This document shows positions 25,812 through 37,814 of a DNA stretch of 64,000 nt, one piece after another (the first letter of the stretch is position 1; each line of letters starts with the position of its first letter). The notes beneath the pieces were generated by a model that saw only the letters and a program-made list of their open reading frames with translations, made no database searches and had not been told where the DNA came from. Position numbers and translations under genes: made by a program. This DNA comes from Kudoa neothunni. Lineage: Eukaryota; Animalia; Cnidaria. The stretch spans positions 3,586,724 to 3,650,723 of the forward strand of contig OZ199839.1 in the NCBI GenBank assembly GCA_964304625.1, read 5' to 3'.

Positions 25812-28800
25812 ATGGTGACAGGGGTTGAAGTTATTCCAACTTGTTTTACGATAAGACATGATAAATATGACGTGGACTCATACCGAGTGATAACATATGG
25901 CTGTTTTAGAGAATTCACTACAAAACAGCTACTGGAGCTGTTCGTAATGTCTCTTGATGATAATCTTTTAGAACTCTATGCATCTTTCCGTCCAAGTATC
26001 CGAAATGATTATTTCGAGCTAGGTCAAGCTATTGAAAAGCGCTTATTTAACAATAAGAAGACAAAATTTGTTCACTGTGGTACGATCGATATGGCACCTG
26101 GTTCATGTGATGCTGAACGAATTGTTGTTACGATCTTCGGAAAAAGCCACAATGCACTGTTAGTTACAGGAGCAACCATGTCCATTATTCGAAACGGATT
26201 AGTTCCGGACGACATTATTGTTCCAACGACATACTCTCTGATAATGGCTGATAACTCCGCGGCGAAATGTTTGGGGAAAGTAACGCCTCAGCTCAGTATT
26301 TGCAATAAAAAAGTCTCTCAAACATTCATTGTATTAAATAATGCCACGGGAGATGTTATCTTGGGAAGAGACTTTGTGAAACAAAATGAAATTGTCATTT
26401 CATTCTCGAGGAACAAAAACTCGTTAATTGAACAAGGTTGCGAAAATTATAAATCTTTTGCGATACAAACAAATATTTTCAACAATGATAATGCAAAATT
26501 CAACAATGTTAATGAACTATTGGTTTGTTTTGATTCATGTTTCGCAAAGAACTCTTACGATTTGGGTAAAATTAGCTGTACGCAACGTGCTATTTTTTGT
26601 GATGATACCCCAATTAGACAAGGTGTCAGAAGGCTCCCAGAGAGCACAAAATCATTTGTAAAGATTGAATTAAATAAAATGTTACAATCTGATATCATTC
26701 GGCCATCTACTAGTCCTTGGGCCAGTCCGTTAGTACTTACTAAAAAGAAGGATGGTAAGCTCCGTATTTGTGTGGACTATGTCAAACTGAATAGAATAAC
26801 GAAGAAAAATGCATCCCCGATACCAAATATCTCGGAAACACTTGATCAACTGTCTGGATCTTCATATTTCTCAACTCTCGACATGAAATCAGGATATTGG
26901 CAAATATGTTTAAATGAAGATGATAAGGAAAAAACGGCATTCACTACACCATATGGGCTTTATGAATTCAATTTCTTACCCTTTGGATTAACGAATGCAC
27001 CAGCAATCTTTCAACACGCAATACAGTCAATATTTAGAGAACTACTTGGTGTCGATTGCCTGGTATACCTGGATGATATAATTGTGTTCTCAAAAACAGA
27101 AAAGGAGCATCTGTTAAAACTATAACGTGTGCTTAGTAGAATTAAGTCGGCTGGTCTGAAAATGAATAAAGAAAAATGTCATTTTATGAAACGTTCAATA
27201 ACATACCTTGGATACATCATATTCCAAGATGGCATTAAAACAGATCCCGAGAAAGTTAACAAAATATTACATCATCCAAAACCGATGAATGTAAAAGAGC
27301 TGCGAACTTTTATGGGGCTGGCGAACTATTACCGAAACTATATAAACGGTTTTGCCAAATTAACAGTTCCCCTTACAAAGCTCACCCACAAAAATACAAA
27401 TTTCCAGTGGAATGAAAACTGTGAAAATTCCTTCAACACATTAAAGAATTTACTAAGTTCACCACCAATTTTGGCGTTGCCAAACTTTGATGAACCATTT
27501 GAATTGGCAACCGATGCCTCGGATAATGCCATTGGGGCTGTTCTTAGTCAGAAGATAAACGGAAGGGAGCGTGCTATATGCTATGGAAGTAGACAGCTAA
27601 ATCAAGCTGAACGTAATTACTCGGTCATTGAAAAGGAGTGTTTAGCGATTGTCTGGGCGACAAAACTATACAGACACTACCTATATGGAAAAAAATTTAA
27701 GATATGGACCGACCATAACCCGTTGACATTCATTAATTCAATGAAAGATACTCATGGTAGAATTGCACGTTGGAAACTTACATTGCAACAATATGAATTT
27801 GATATAATCTACCGTCCAAATTCCAAAAATATGAACGCTGATGTCATGTCTAGAATTCCGGCTGAAGAACTAGAGAGAAACATTTCATGTGTCTGCAATA
27901 TTGGTATAGAAAATATTGACAAAGATGAATTTAAAAAACTTTACAAAGCCGACAAGAGACGGGGACCACTCGAAAAACAACTTAACTTATTCAAAACAAT
28001 TCAAACGAGCAGAGGTATATATACAATGAAAAGCGGCATTATCAACAGAATATGCAAGACTCCCGTTGGTCCAGTTGAACAATTGTACGTCCCTATCATA
28101 TTAAAGGATCAGATAATGGAAAAAGTACACGATGAAAGTGGTCATTCTGGTTATTTTAAAACGTTTGATTCAATCAGGCGTAGGTTTTATTGGCCCGGAT
28201 GCCAAAATGAAATTTGCGAATTTGTCAAACGATGTAAACTATGCGAGATGTTTCGCTCGACGTATCCCAAACCTTCACTTGTGCATTTTGAATCGTCTAA
28301 ACCGTTTGATACTCTCCAGTGGGACATGATTGGTCCATTAAAAGAAACTAGAAATGGAAATCGGTACATTCTTGTAGTATATAAGATGTCTTCACTAAAT
28401 GGGCCGAAGCCTTCCCACTAAATTCAACCAGTAGTGCTACGATATCCAAAATCCTCGTGGATGAAATAATTTGCCGATATGGAATACCTAACCAAATACA
28501 TTCGGATAATGGGACAAACCTTGTTTCTGAGATAATAAAGAAAATATGAAAAACTTTTAAAATCTATCGAACCAACACAACACCATATCACCCTCAGGGG
28601 AACGGTGGAATGGAGAGGTTGAATGGGACGTTAAAGAAAATGCTGATAAAAGCAAGCTACGAAAATGATGCCTGGGACATAATGTTGCCCAAGGTATTAT
28701 TCTATTATAGGTGTGCAACGCACACATCCACTGGCTATTCACCCTACAAATTGATGACTGGGCGGTCTCCCAGAACCCATTTGGACACAATTGTGGATAA

Positions 28801-29272
28801 CTTAAGATCACAAAATGTCTAAACGTGCTCAAATTATGATGATGTTATTAGAACATTGAATAAACAGATTAAAAAATATTTTGAAAACGCAAAGAAATAC
28901 ATTGATATATCAAACAAAAATCAAGATAGATACACAAATACGACAAAAAGTTTTACATTTCAAAATGGTCAATTGATTTGGTTTAGAAAATATAATCATA
29001 CTGATAAATTCGCTCCTTGTTGGGTGGGGCCATACAGAATTATAGACAGGACAAGTCCAGTGAATTATAAGGTGGAGGGCTCGAATGGCAACTCGCTAAT
29101 AATTCATCTCAATAGGATAAAACCATTTCAATCAGAGTTGAACAAATCCACAACAATTCCAAAGAAGGTAAATATTGAATGCGAACAAAAAACATCAATT
29201 TCTACAAAACTCATGGACTACGAAAACGATAAACATTTTACCGCTGCTAATGACAAATCAAATATCGGTTGA
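25812..29272 (+). pseudogene. Disrupted gag-pol polyprotein
   Basis: Protease motif LLVTGA lacks the catalytic Asp. RT has LRICVDY, PFGL and YLDD, with an in-frame stop at 27123-27125. RNase H has TDAS and TDH. Integrase has HHCC and GPY, with frameshifts and stops. Confidence 0.9.
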
Positions 29273-29337
29273 CCAGCTATGAATAGAAGAGCTCCTACGA
29301 AACTCAATGATTACGTTTTAAATTTGATTGGGAGGAA

Positions 29338-29443
29338 TGTTATGGCTAATAGATAGCGCGGACAAGGATTAGGATTATTATTAGTACTGGTATCACGTTG
29401 GAGTTTCAAATATTGTTTCTATTCGCGTTACTCATACTTCACA
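29338..29443 (+). repeat. 3' LTR (106 bp)
   Basis: Direct repeat of 25705-25810, preceded by the polypurine tract. Confidence 0.95.
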
Positions 29444-30019
29444 ATGATAGCTCCAAAAAATCATGAAGTTTAATTGTTATATTACTAAAAAATGTCGACT
29501 CAAAAATGGATGTTTCTTTTCTGCACATTTTGGAGCGGCATGCAGCATCGCCAATTTTTTCGATGTAAAGAATGGCTGGTTCCATAACATTCTATACAGT
29601 TATTTGGTGTTTTGAAGATACCAATATTGATAAGATAACGGATAGAGTTATCCTCATTGCAAAAAATATTATAAAAAGATCTTGGGGAAACCATTCGCGC
29701 AGATCTAACGATAATCGGTAGCTACCCCTAAAATAATATACTTTGTCGGCTTAATCTATCTAATGCGGTAATATTATAAAGGGCGGCTCCTCCACAAACG
29801 TATTAACCCTTAATAGGTGACCTTGGGCTCCAGGAGCCCCTCTGAGTAGTAAATTGAGCATAAATCTTTCAACAAATGTTTTTTTTTAATTTTTATTCAT
29901 GTAAATTGCTAAAATTTTATTTTATATCTTGTTGTAAATTTTCATATGAATTCGACCATGTTTAAATTACTTGACGAGATTGCTGGACAACGTGACGAAA
30001 TAGCTTGTAAAAACATATA

Positions 30020-30676
30020 TAGTAGGTAATCGATTTTACACACCTTTTTTCACATGCACATAATAATTATATATCCCTTTTGTTGGAATTTAGAAGAAAA
30101 ATTGATGTTTTTTATTGAAATAGTATAACGAATATAAATTCTACAACGGACAAAAAAATCAAGTGATACTTGGTTTCAATGTTTGAAAAAATCAATAATT
30201 TTGGTTTGTGTCATATTTGGACCCGCTATGACATATAAAAATCAATTTCCAATTCTAACAATGATCGGAAACGATCTATACTTTTTAAAGAAGAATGAAA
30301 ATTTTGTTCTTTTTTCGAGGAGGCCATTTAGGATTGCTATATTTGATGTGTTGAAATGTCTCACAGTCATTATTTTAACGTTTATTTATGGAAGATGTTC
30401 GAAGTATTTTAATATGTTGTATTTTTACCTTCGTTTATCGCTAAATTTCTAATTTTTCGGCGAGTAATGCTACATTGATCAACAGAGTGCCTGGAAAAGA
30501 GTGTGCAAAGTCGATACGTCCCGTGATTTAGGCTACGCATTTTACATCATGTACACTCTATTATTTGAACCAAAATTACCGTTATGTTTAATATATTTGT
30601 TTATATAGACATTGGAAACATTTGGAGTCATAATTAAATAAATTCACAAAAAATGTGAAAAATCGATTATCGACTG
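30020..30676. mobile_element. Non-autonomous Tc1/mariner-type element, family A copy 2
   Basis: Same orientation as and high similarity to 11383-12107. Confidence 0.75.
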
Positions 30677-33325
30677 TATTTATCTATTTAAATTGTAGCT
30701 AGTGTTTTGTGGCTTTATATACAATAATTGGTGTAAACAATAAATAAATAAATCGTTTCATCAAACAGAAAATATAAAACGTCAGGAATAATTAATATAT
30801 CCGATAAGGCTTCAACTTTTTTCTCAATGCCCAATTGAGTTAAAAACATTTGTAAATCAATTTTTTTATAGTCTATTGCGGACAGTTCCGACTGCTTCTT
30901 TCCACATTTTAATCTATTATGGTTTTTAGGGTCGTTTTCGACCCAGTCAACATCACTTGATATTTTTTTACAGTTACATAATTTTTCGTTATATATTAAT
31001 AACAAATATAAAATCTTATTCCATCTATTTAATACAAATATTTAAAGCTGTAAAATATTCTTATCATCCATAGATCAAATAAATTGGGAACGAAAGATGG
31101 TTAAAGTTAAAAGTGGAAAAAGATTTTGTTTCTTTAAAAAATTACTATATCAGCTCAAAATATGTTAAATCAGCATTATTATTTTTTTAAATACTATAGA
31201 AACTAATGGATTTAAAAAATTTTAGATACATCTATTTCATGTTTATTATAAATTCCCTTTTGGCGTAATGGACAATATCAGGTTTTTCTGCTTCGTAAAA
31301 AAAAGAACTAAAGCATAAAATATAATATGTTAATTATATAATCGTATAAATATATCAATGAATCTTCTGCAAAAGTTTAAAATTTGTTTCCCGTCTTTAA
31401 ACCTCTCTTACCTCAATATTATAATATAATATCGAGGTTTATTTTAAATTTTCCGAAAAGAATCAACAATATGTGTATCAATATGTTAGCTTTACCGATT
31501 TGTAAATCATAAGATATAAAAGCAATTGTTACATTCATTAATTTTAGAAAGCATTTTAGTATTACGTTTATTTATTAATAAACATTTAATCGTATTATTA
31601 TGCTTTTATTTTTGGACATTAATTAACTCCAAACGAAAAACTAAAGTTTTCTTATTAAATATTGATATTCTTTAAAAATTTGAAATTTTTATTATTGAAA
31701 ACTTTAATGTGTTAATATAAATGTATATACTCTTTGATAATAGCATGGTAATCATTATCACTCATAGTAATAGTTGAAATTAAATTTTTATTTACAAGAT
31801 TGCTAAATTCGGCATCAGCTTCATCAAAAATTCAATATTAACCTATTTCCTTTCCTAAAAGATCGTTCGCATTGATAACTATACTGTCACGTGTAAAACG
31901 TAAATATGACTATTTGACCATTTCTTTTTGGCTGAGGCTATTCGCATGGTAAAGGTTAATCCAAAATGGTACGTATGCCTCCACAATAACGAATTTTAAT
32001 CCCAGCAACTTTTATTCACAAGCGGTATACAAACTTAATTTCTTAGAATCTGCTATGTTTGATTATCTCGGGTTCATTTATTTGCTCTTGGGGTCCCAAA
32101 TAATGAATTATAGTCAAAAATAGTGACACCTGAATATTATTTACCGTGCAAATAGTCACATTCTTGTTGGAAACAGATGAACTTATTTGAAGTTATTTAG
32201 AGTATAGATTACATCTTAATTACACATAAACTTCAATTAAAAAATAGTTATCACGAATTTAAATAAATAGAGTGGGTACAATTTTAGAAAATGTTTGTAA
32301 TCAAATAAAAGCACGTTTATAACATATTTTCAACCGTTACCAATAAAACAGCGCCTCATTATTTATCCAAACAATCTAATGTTCATCTCAAGTTAGGTAT
32401 AACTGTGTATAATTAAATGAGCCAGTTTAAAAGCTAAATATTAATCATGTTAGTTGGGCCTTCAAATAACCCAAAACATGGGAACGAGGTTTGAAAGAAA
32501 AAAATTAGAGAACATTTATCGTGCACAATGAATCAACTGATAATACAAAAATAAGCATACTACTGACAATTTTCAATTTATAACCGATATGTACTCAATA
32601 CGAAATGATTCCTACAGTGGTAAATATAAATATAGGTTGAATAAATTTCTACAGACATTAATATCCTAAATTATACAACAATAACACGGGAAGATAACGA
32701 TAAGACCAATGAAACATTATACGAGCACTGTAGTCACAGGGCCCACAACCCCTCCGAATTACAGATGGATTGAGCGAAAATAGCCGATTATCTGAGATTG
32801 ATTGCGAATCACTATTGTATGGTTTTCTATTTATAAATTAGACCGATCCACATGTTCCAAAGAGATATATTTCACAATTGGTTACAATCATAATTGAATG
32901 TTACGATTGGATAAGGCTTATTTGGCTAAGAAGTGGTTGGCAAAATAATCTCTTGATACAAATGTTGATTGGAGATTTAACGGGAATTAATCCCAAAGAA
33001 ACCAAATGATCATTTATTAAGGTGATTTTACGTTTTAATTAAATGAATTTTGTTTCAGAAAAACGCTGACACATAATCGGATGGTAATTATTGGATATGG
33101 TAATGATAACCCCATTTTATATTTAGTATATTGTAGCGTCCATTATCGGAAGTGCCGTGACATCATTCGGTAGTTGTAGGCTAATACGATTATTGCGTTT
33201 GAATACTCGTGTGCTTTGACGATTGGTGGACCCCGTTTTGTAAAGGTTGCCCCATTCAGTGTAAATTAATAAAGCAGAAAGCTATCAATTGATCAAGACA
33301 GCAGTGCAAAACAGATTGTAAAGAG

Positions 33326-34867
33326 ATGACCAAAGTTACGGCCACTAAGAAACTAAAGAAAATGCCCCCTACAGAAGGTGACATGAGCGAATACGATCCA
33401 TCTATATTTGAGATTCGTGATCGCCATTATGGTTCACTTTTTGCAGTGAAGAAGAAGATTAGGGCTTGTGAGAAGAAAATTAGAGAGCTAGAACAATCTG
33501 CTTCGCCCCCACAACGTTCCCAGAATGAAGCACACAACTCCTCCAAGAAGAGTACCCCTAACCAAGTTGAATCTAAAGAAGCTAAAATTGAACGCCTCAG
33601 CAAAATTGAACTCAAAAAGATTCAACTATCCCTTTGGAAGGAGGCTGCTTTGTGCATACACAGTGCAAGAAAAGATGAGATAACCCAAGGTATAACTAAT
33701 GTCTGCATGGCAGATGTTGTTGATGGGGTTGATCTACTGAAGCAGGTGCTGGCAAACGATGACAAATGGCCTCACTATAAATGCCCTAACAAGAAACATC
33801 TTCAAAAAGTTGACATTGAAAGAATTCGCCAATTGGCCCATTATTTGAATATTCATGTTTCTTCCACCCAAAGTGGTTCGTCTAAACCCGCCAATTTGAA
33901 TTCTTTTACATCTGTTGTGGATTACTTGAATAGTCCGATTGCAATTGGTCAAGAATGCCCCATGAGCTTTTCGGAGTTTGTCCGTTTGTTTGATAAATTG
34001 AGAAAAACCTTATCGGTGGAAATTGTGGTTAAAGAACCAGACGCTGTTACTGGAGCTACAGTTGCTTCTGCTGTTAATAATGATGATGGTGATGATGATG
34101 ATGCGGTTGCTGCTGTTGCTGCATTAAAGATAGAAGCCACCGATAATGATGCAGCCAACGGAGATAAGCCCGAGAACCAAAAAACTAACAAAAATCGCGC
34201 CAGACGTTCTCCTAAAAATCAAAAGTCTGGCCGAAAATCTCAGAATGGTACATCGTCGTCTGGCCCTACTCAAAACAACGACGGCAGCAATAAATCGAAT
34301 GTTGCTGCTTCCACTCATTCGTCGTTACCTACAATTCCTGAAAAACTGGTCGTTGTAGTAACTAGTAATGCGAAAAACAGACAGCAAGAAGGTCTGTCGA
34401 ACAGCACCACTATAACACCTCCTGCAACTAGTCAAGACGATATGCCCAAATCGAATGCGAGTGTTGCACCCACATCTGAAACCAAAACGGAAGCAAATGG
34501 CAATAGCAACCGAGAAGTTCCATCTGGCAGATTGATCCATAACCCAAATGTACCTACAGATGATTCAGATGAGGAAGGTTGGCTTGCACCTGCTAGTGCT
34601 AAACAGAAGAAACCTGTGGTTGAATCTCAAAATTATCGCCAGTCCCAAAATGCTTCCAAACGTGGTGGTAATGTTGTGGGTAACAGAGGTGGTTCAAGAA
34701 ATGGAAATTCTCGTGGTGGGAACAACAACAATCGAAAAGGATCTAACCCCCCTCGAAGCAATAACGGTGATGCCAATAACGCTGGTAACTTTAGGAATAA
34801 ACGGCCCCAACATATGAACAAATCTGCCATCTCCGCTGCCGTGATTCAAAGTGAGAGTCAGTATTGA
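33326..34867 (+). CDS. 513-aa single-exon protein with helical N-terminus and disordered N/S/RGG-rich C-terminus; Caprin-like RNA-granule protein candidate
   Basis: Long uninterrupted ORF with raised GC. KKKIRACEKKIREL resembles the Caprin HR1 start. Three RGG motifs near the C-terminus. The CDS is secure but the family call is weak. Confidence 0.7.
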   Translation: MTKVTATKKLKKMPPTEGDMSEYDPSIFEIRDRHYGSLFAVKKKIRACEKKIRELEQSASPPQRSQNEAHNSSKKSTPNQVESKEAKIERLSKIELKKIQLSLWKEAALCIHSARKDEITQGITNVCMADVVDGVDLLKQVLANDDKWPHYKCPNKKHLQKVDIERIRQLAHYLNIHVSSTQSGSSKPANLNSFTSVVDYLNSPIAIGQECPMSFSEFVRLFDKLRKTLSVEIVVKEPDAVTGATVASAVNNDDGDDDDAVAAVAALKIEATDNDAANGDKPENQKTNKNRARRSPKNQKSGRKSQNGTSSSGPTQNNDGSNKSNVAASTHSSLPTIPEKLVVVVTSNAKNRQQEGLSNSTTITPPATSQDDMPKSNASVAPTSETKTEANGNSNREVPSGRLIHNPNVPTDDSDEEGWLAPASAKQKKPVVESQNYRQSQNASKRGGNVVGNRGGSRNGNSRGGNNNNRKGSNPPRSNNGDANNAGNFRNKRPQHMNKSAISAAVIQSESQY

Positions 34868-35391
34868 TGATGACTGGCTTTGGCACACATACAACATATG
34901 CAATAGTAGATATGACTTGTTCATACTTTTGCCGTTATTTTTTAAGATCAGACCTACACTGTTGTTATTGTAGCTGTTCGTTGATCGTTGAATTGTATTT
35001 GTTAGTTTGTGGTGTTTTTATATGCGTTATTTTTGAAACTTTAACGATGATGAATGTGTTGTTTATTTTGTGGGCGTTATCGGATTTCATTTAGAGGTTA
35101 AGTGTTGTAATTGGGTCGACGTTTTTTTCCGCAGCGGCATTAATCAGTCACCTTTGTGGATAGAATTTTTTATCGAGCACTAGCGTGTTGACTTGTCTTT
35201 AAGCTACAACCAATTGTTGACTATCCTATTCCTCTATTTTAGGTTAAACTAGTCGACTGGAGATTAGAGCCAATTAATTCTGGGTTATTTTTGGCGATTC
35301 GTTGTGATTATATCGCCATACTGGGTAATCGCGTAGATTACTGACAGAACTTAGCTAATAAATGGGAAAGTGTCACGTTTTAGATTTTCCA

Positions 35392-36480
35392 ATGTTAAGC
35401 GAATCAAACCAAATACCAGCTGCCTCTCAAACAACTATAACCAGTTCTAATATTCCAAGAAATAAAGTAAGTTTTTCCTGTTTTCACATTGGGATATACA
35501 CCACTATTTTGAACTAATTCAGATTACTGTCATAATATTTATTATCTCAAATTTTGTGATTGTTTGTGGGAAATTTATATTCATATTTTCAATGCTTACT
35601 CAAAATTTTGTTACGGTTCATGAAGATAACTTCGATGTTAGTTCAGGGTTGTTTGCTGGATGTTTAAATTTTGACGATGGATTCTATGTGGCGTGCATCA
35701 AACAGTATGAACTAATTCCACGACGTATGTACTATAGCTGACAATTATTTTAAAAAATCGATTTATTATTAGTTAACTGTTTTTAGTGGTACCTGAATTT
35801 AATCCAATAGAAAAACTACGTAATTTAAAAGTGGATTAATGGCAAAGGATAATTTTGTTCAAGTGAAAAAAGTGTTGTCAAAATCTTGTAAAGAACACAA
35901 TTTGTGGTCTTGTCATAAGTTTACAATATTTAGAGATGTTAAAATATGTATAAATGATTTGTTGATTAACAGTTTTTCATATACACTTTCAAACAGTAAT
36001 TCTTTTATTTAGTTCTTGTTTGGAATAATTTGGTAATTGCATATCCTCCTAGAAAGGCATGTAATGGATTGCTAAATTAGGTTAAAAATTCATCTTATTT
36101 GATTGAAATTAGTAAATAAAGTTTCAAAATTAAACTTTTCACTAAAAGTGACACTGATTTTGGCAATTACCTTATTTTTGGTGGCATGTATTCTTTTGAT
36201 GTTGTCGTTAATCAAAAAATCACTCATAATCCACGTCTACCGTCTTATAGTATCAATATGTACAGTTACTGATGGAGACAATTTGTTATGACAAAGAAAT
36301 TTATTTTTAGGGATGATTGATTGTGTTATCGCTATATTAATTACTTTGGTTTTGTTTGGAGGGTATCTGCTAGTCAAAAATACTTCAATCGGTATGTCAG
36401 TGATCATCATGTGGACAGGACTTTTTGTGTATCTCTGCGGAAATATCATGATTGCTTTGTGGTTCCATTACGAACATTAA
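35392..36480 (+). CDS. Four-TM claudin/PMP22-superfamily-like membrane protein; multi-exon
   Basis: Spliced reading gives TM1, a loop with SGLFAGC...C (GLW-C-C-like) and three more hydrophobic helices, ending WFHYEH*. GT-AG junctions. Confidence 0.6.
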
Positions 36481-36742
36481 CCTAAACTGACCTCCCATAT
36501 TCATCACCGCCGATAAACACACTGAGTTAACGTTTTCTACAATACTGAATTCATAAATATGATATATTTTTTCAAATTTAAAATGTAATTTTCTATATAA
36601 TGGTTTCAGATATAATGATTAAATTGTCCGTAATAGATTTTTTTCCCTTTTTTTTACAAGATTGGGCGTCTGGAGTCAACTATTTTTCAACCAAGTTCAG
36701 AAAAACTTAATTATTTTAATTAACGCCGTTAACACCGTATTG

Positions 36743-36974
36743 CAGTGTTCCCCAACCGGTAGTCTGTGCATTATTTTCAGGAGGTTCGTGAGAAGGCTTT
36801 TATTCTTAAAAATGAGTCATTCGTGAATTTCTAGCTAAAATAAAAGCTGTATCTGAAAGCATGATTCTGTGACAACGTATGTATTATAAATATAGGAGAT
36901 TAATGCATTTAGGGGTTGTATTCATTTAACATGGTTAGAAGGAGGTCCTTGTGCTAAATAGATCGGGAGCACTG
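36743..36974. mobile_element. hAT-type MITE
   Basis: CAGTGTTCCCCAACC...GATCGGGAGCACTG termini with a degenerate TSD. Confidence 0.5.
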
Positions 36975-37814
36975 TTGTATTTCAATAAAAATAAACTTTT
37001 TATCTTGCAACTGTTAAAAGTTAATGAATTTTATATATGTCTGTCTTAGACTGTCATTGCTAGATTGTTTAACCATCTAAATAAAATGGGATAGATTTCT
37101 ACCCCAGGTGAATTTTTCAAACAATATTATAATGTACAAATGGAACATAACCCCTCTCCACTTTTTGAAATCTTTTATCTTTATGAAAATTTTCAGAAAA
37201 ATGAGTTGAAATTTTTTTTGTCATATCAAAAAGGTCAATGTAAAAACATCTTTCAAATAAAATTATTTAAAATATTGATATATGTGATTTTCAAAAATTT
37301 ATGGAAATTCTATCGAATAAATAACAAAACACCATACTCGTTATATTAGTCCGCATGCGCAACGCCGATATAAGCATGTCGATCTCTCCAGAATACAACG
37401 ATGGTTCCTCATTCTCTCATTATTTTTAAACCAGTTATTCAAAATACGATGAATTTTCATCAGTTTGCTTATTTCTACGTTGTAGAGAGCATCCTAAAAC
37501 ATATGTGAAAATTATTAATCAATATTCTTAGTTTCGTATTGTAGAGAACATTAAAAAGATATATGATATAATTGTTCAATAGATTAACAATTTTTGTGTT
37601 TTCGAAAGAGTTTAACACTGCCTTATTTAAAATAAGATAAATTGACTGACAGCTGTTATAAAACTTGAATTAAATGTTAAAACTAACAAACCGCAGAAAT
37701 ACAGTCTTACTCCAAAGAAGAGCAACAGCACATGTGTGCGCGTGCGCCTGATGAATATAACTTTAATAATTGGTCATTTATTCTAAATCTACTCGTTGAA
37801 CTCTTCTAATATTT

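Larger units (their letters stand above)
25705..29443 (+). mobile_element. Ty3/Gypsy LTR retrotransposon, 3739 bp, inactive
   Basis: 106-bp TG...CA LTRs, 5-bp TSD ATGAT (25700-25704 and 29444-29448), PBS TGGTGACAGGGG and PPT GGGAGGAA. Domain order is PR-RT(YLDD)-RH-IN. Confidence 0.95.
25065..29726 (-). mobile_element. Decayed Merlin (IS1595/ISXO2-type transposase) element interrupted by an LTR retrotransposon
   Basis: N-terminal part at 29444-29694 (CIEC...WRC Zn ribbon) continues across the LTR element into IGGENIIVEVYES.FGK.KHNRG and IITDC...VNH...HTNTMEGTW, with stops and frameshifts. TIRs not clearly resolved. Confidence 0.8.

Noticed and set aside
34865-35094. Selenocysteine readthrough of TGA TGA TGA with a SECIS at about 35045-35090
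   Set aside because: The ATGA...GA candidate has a poor helix and no apical AA, and the protein has no redox motif.
33427-35094. Overlapping antisense and alternate-frame ORFs in the 513-aa gene (and similar short ORFs over TopBP1, pol and MITEs)
   Set aside because: These are shadow ORFs of coding or repeated DNA with no recognisable motifs.
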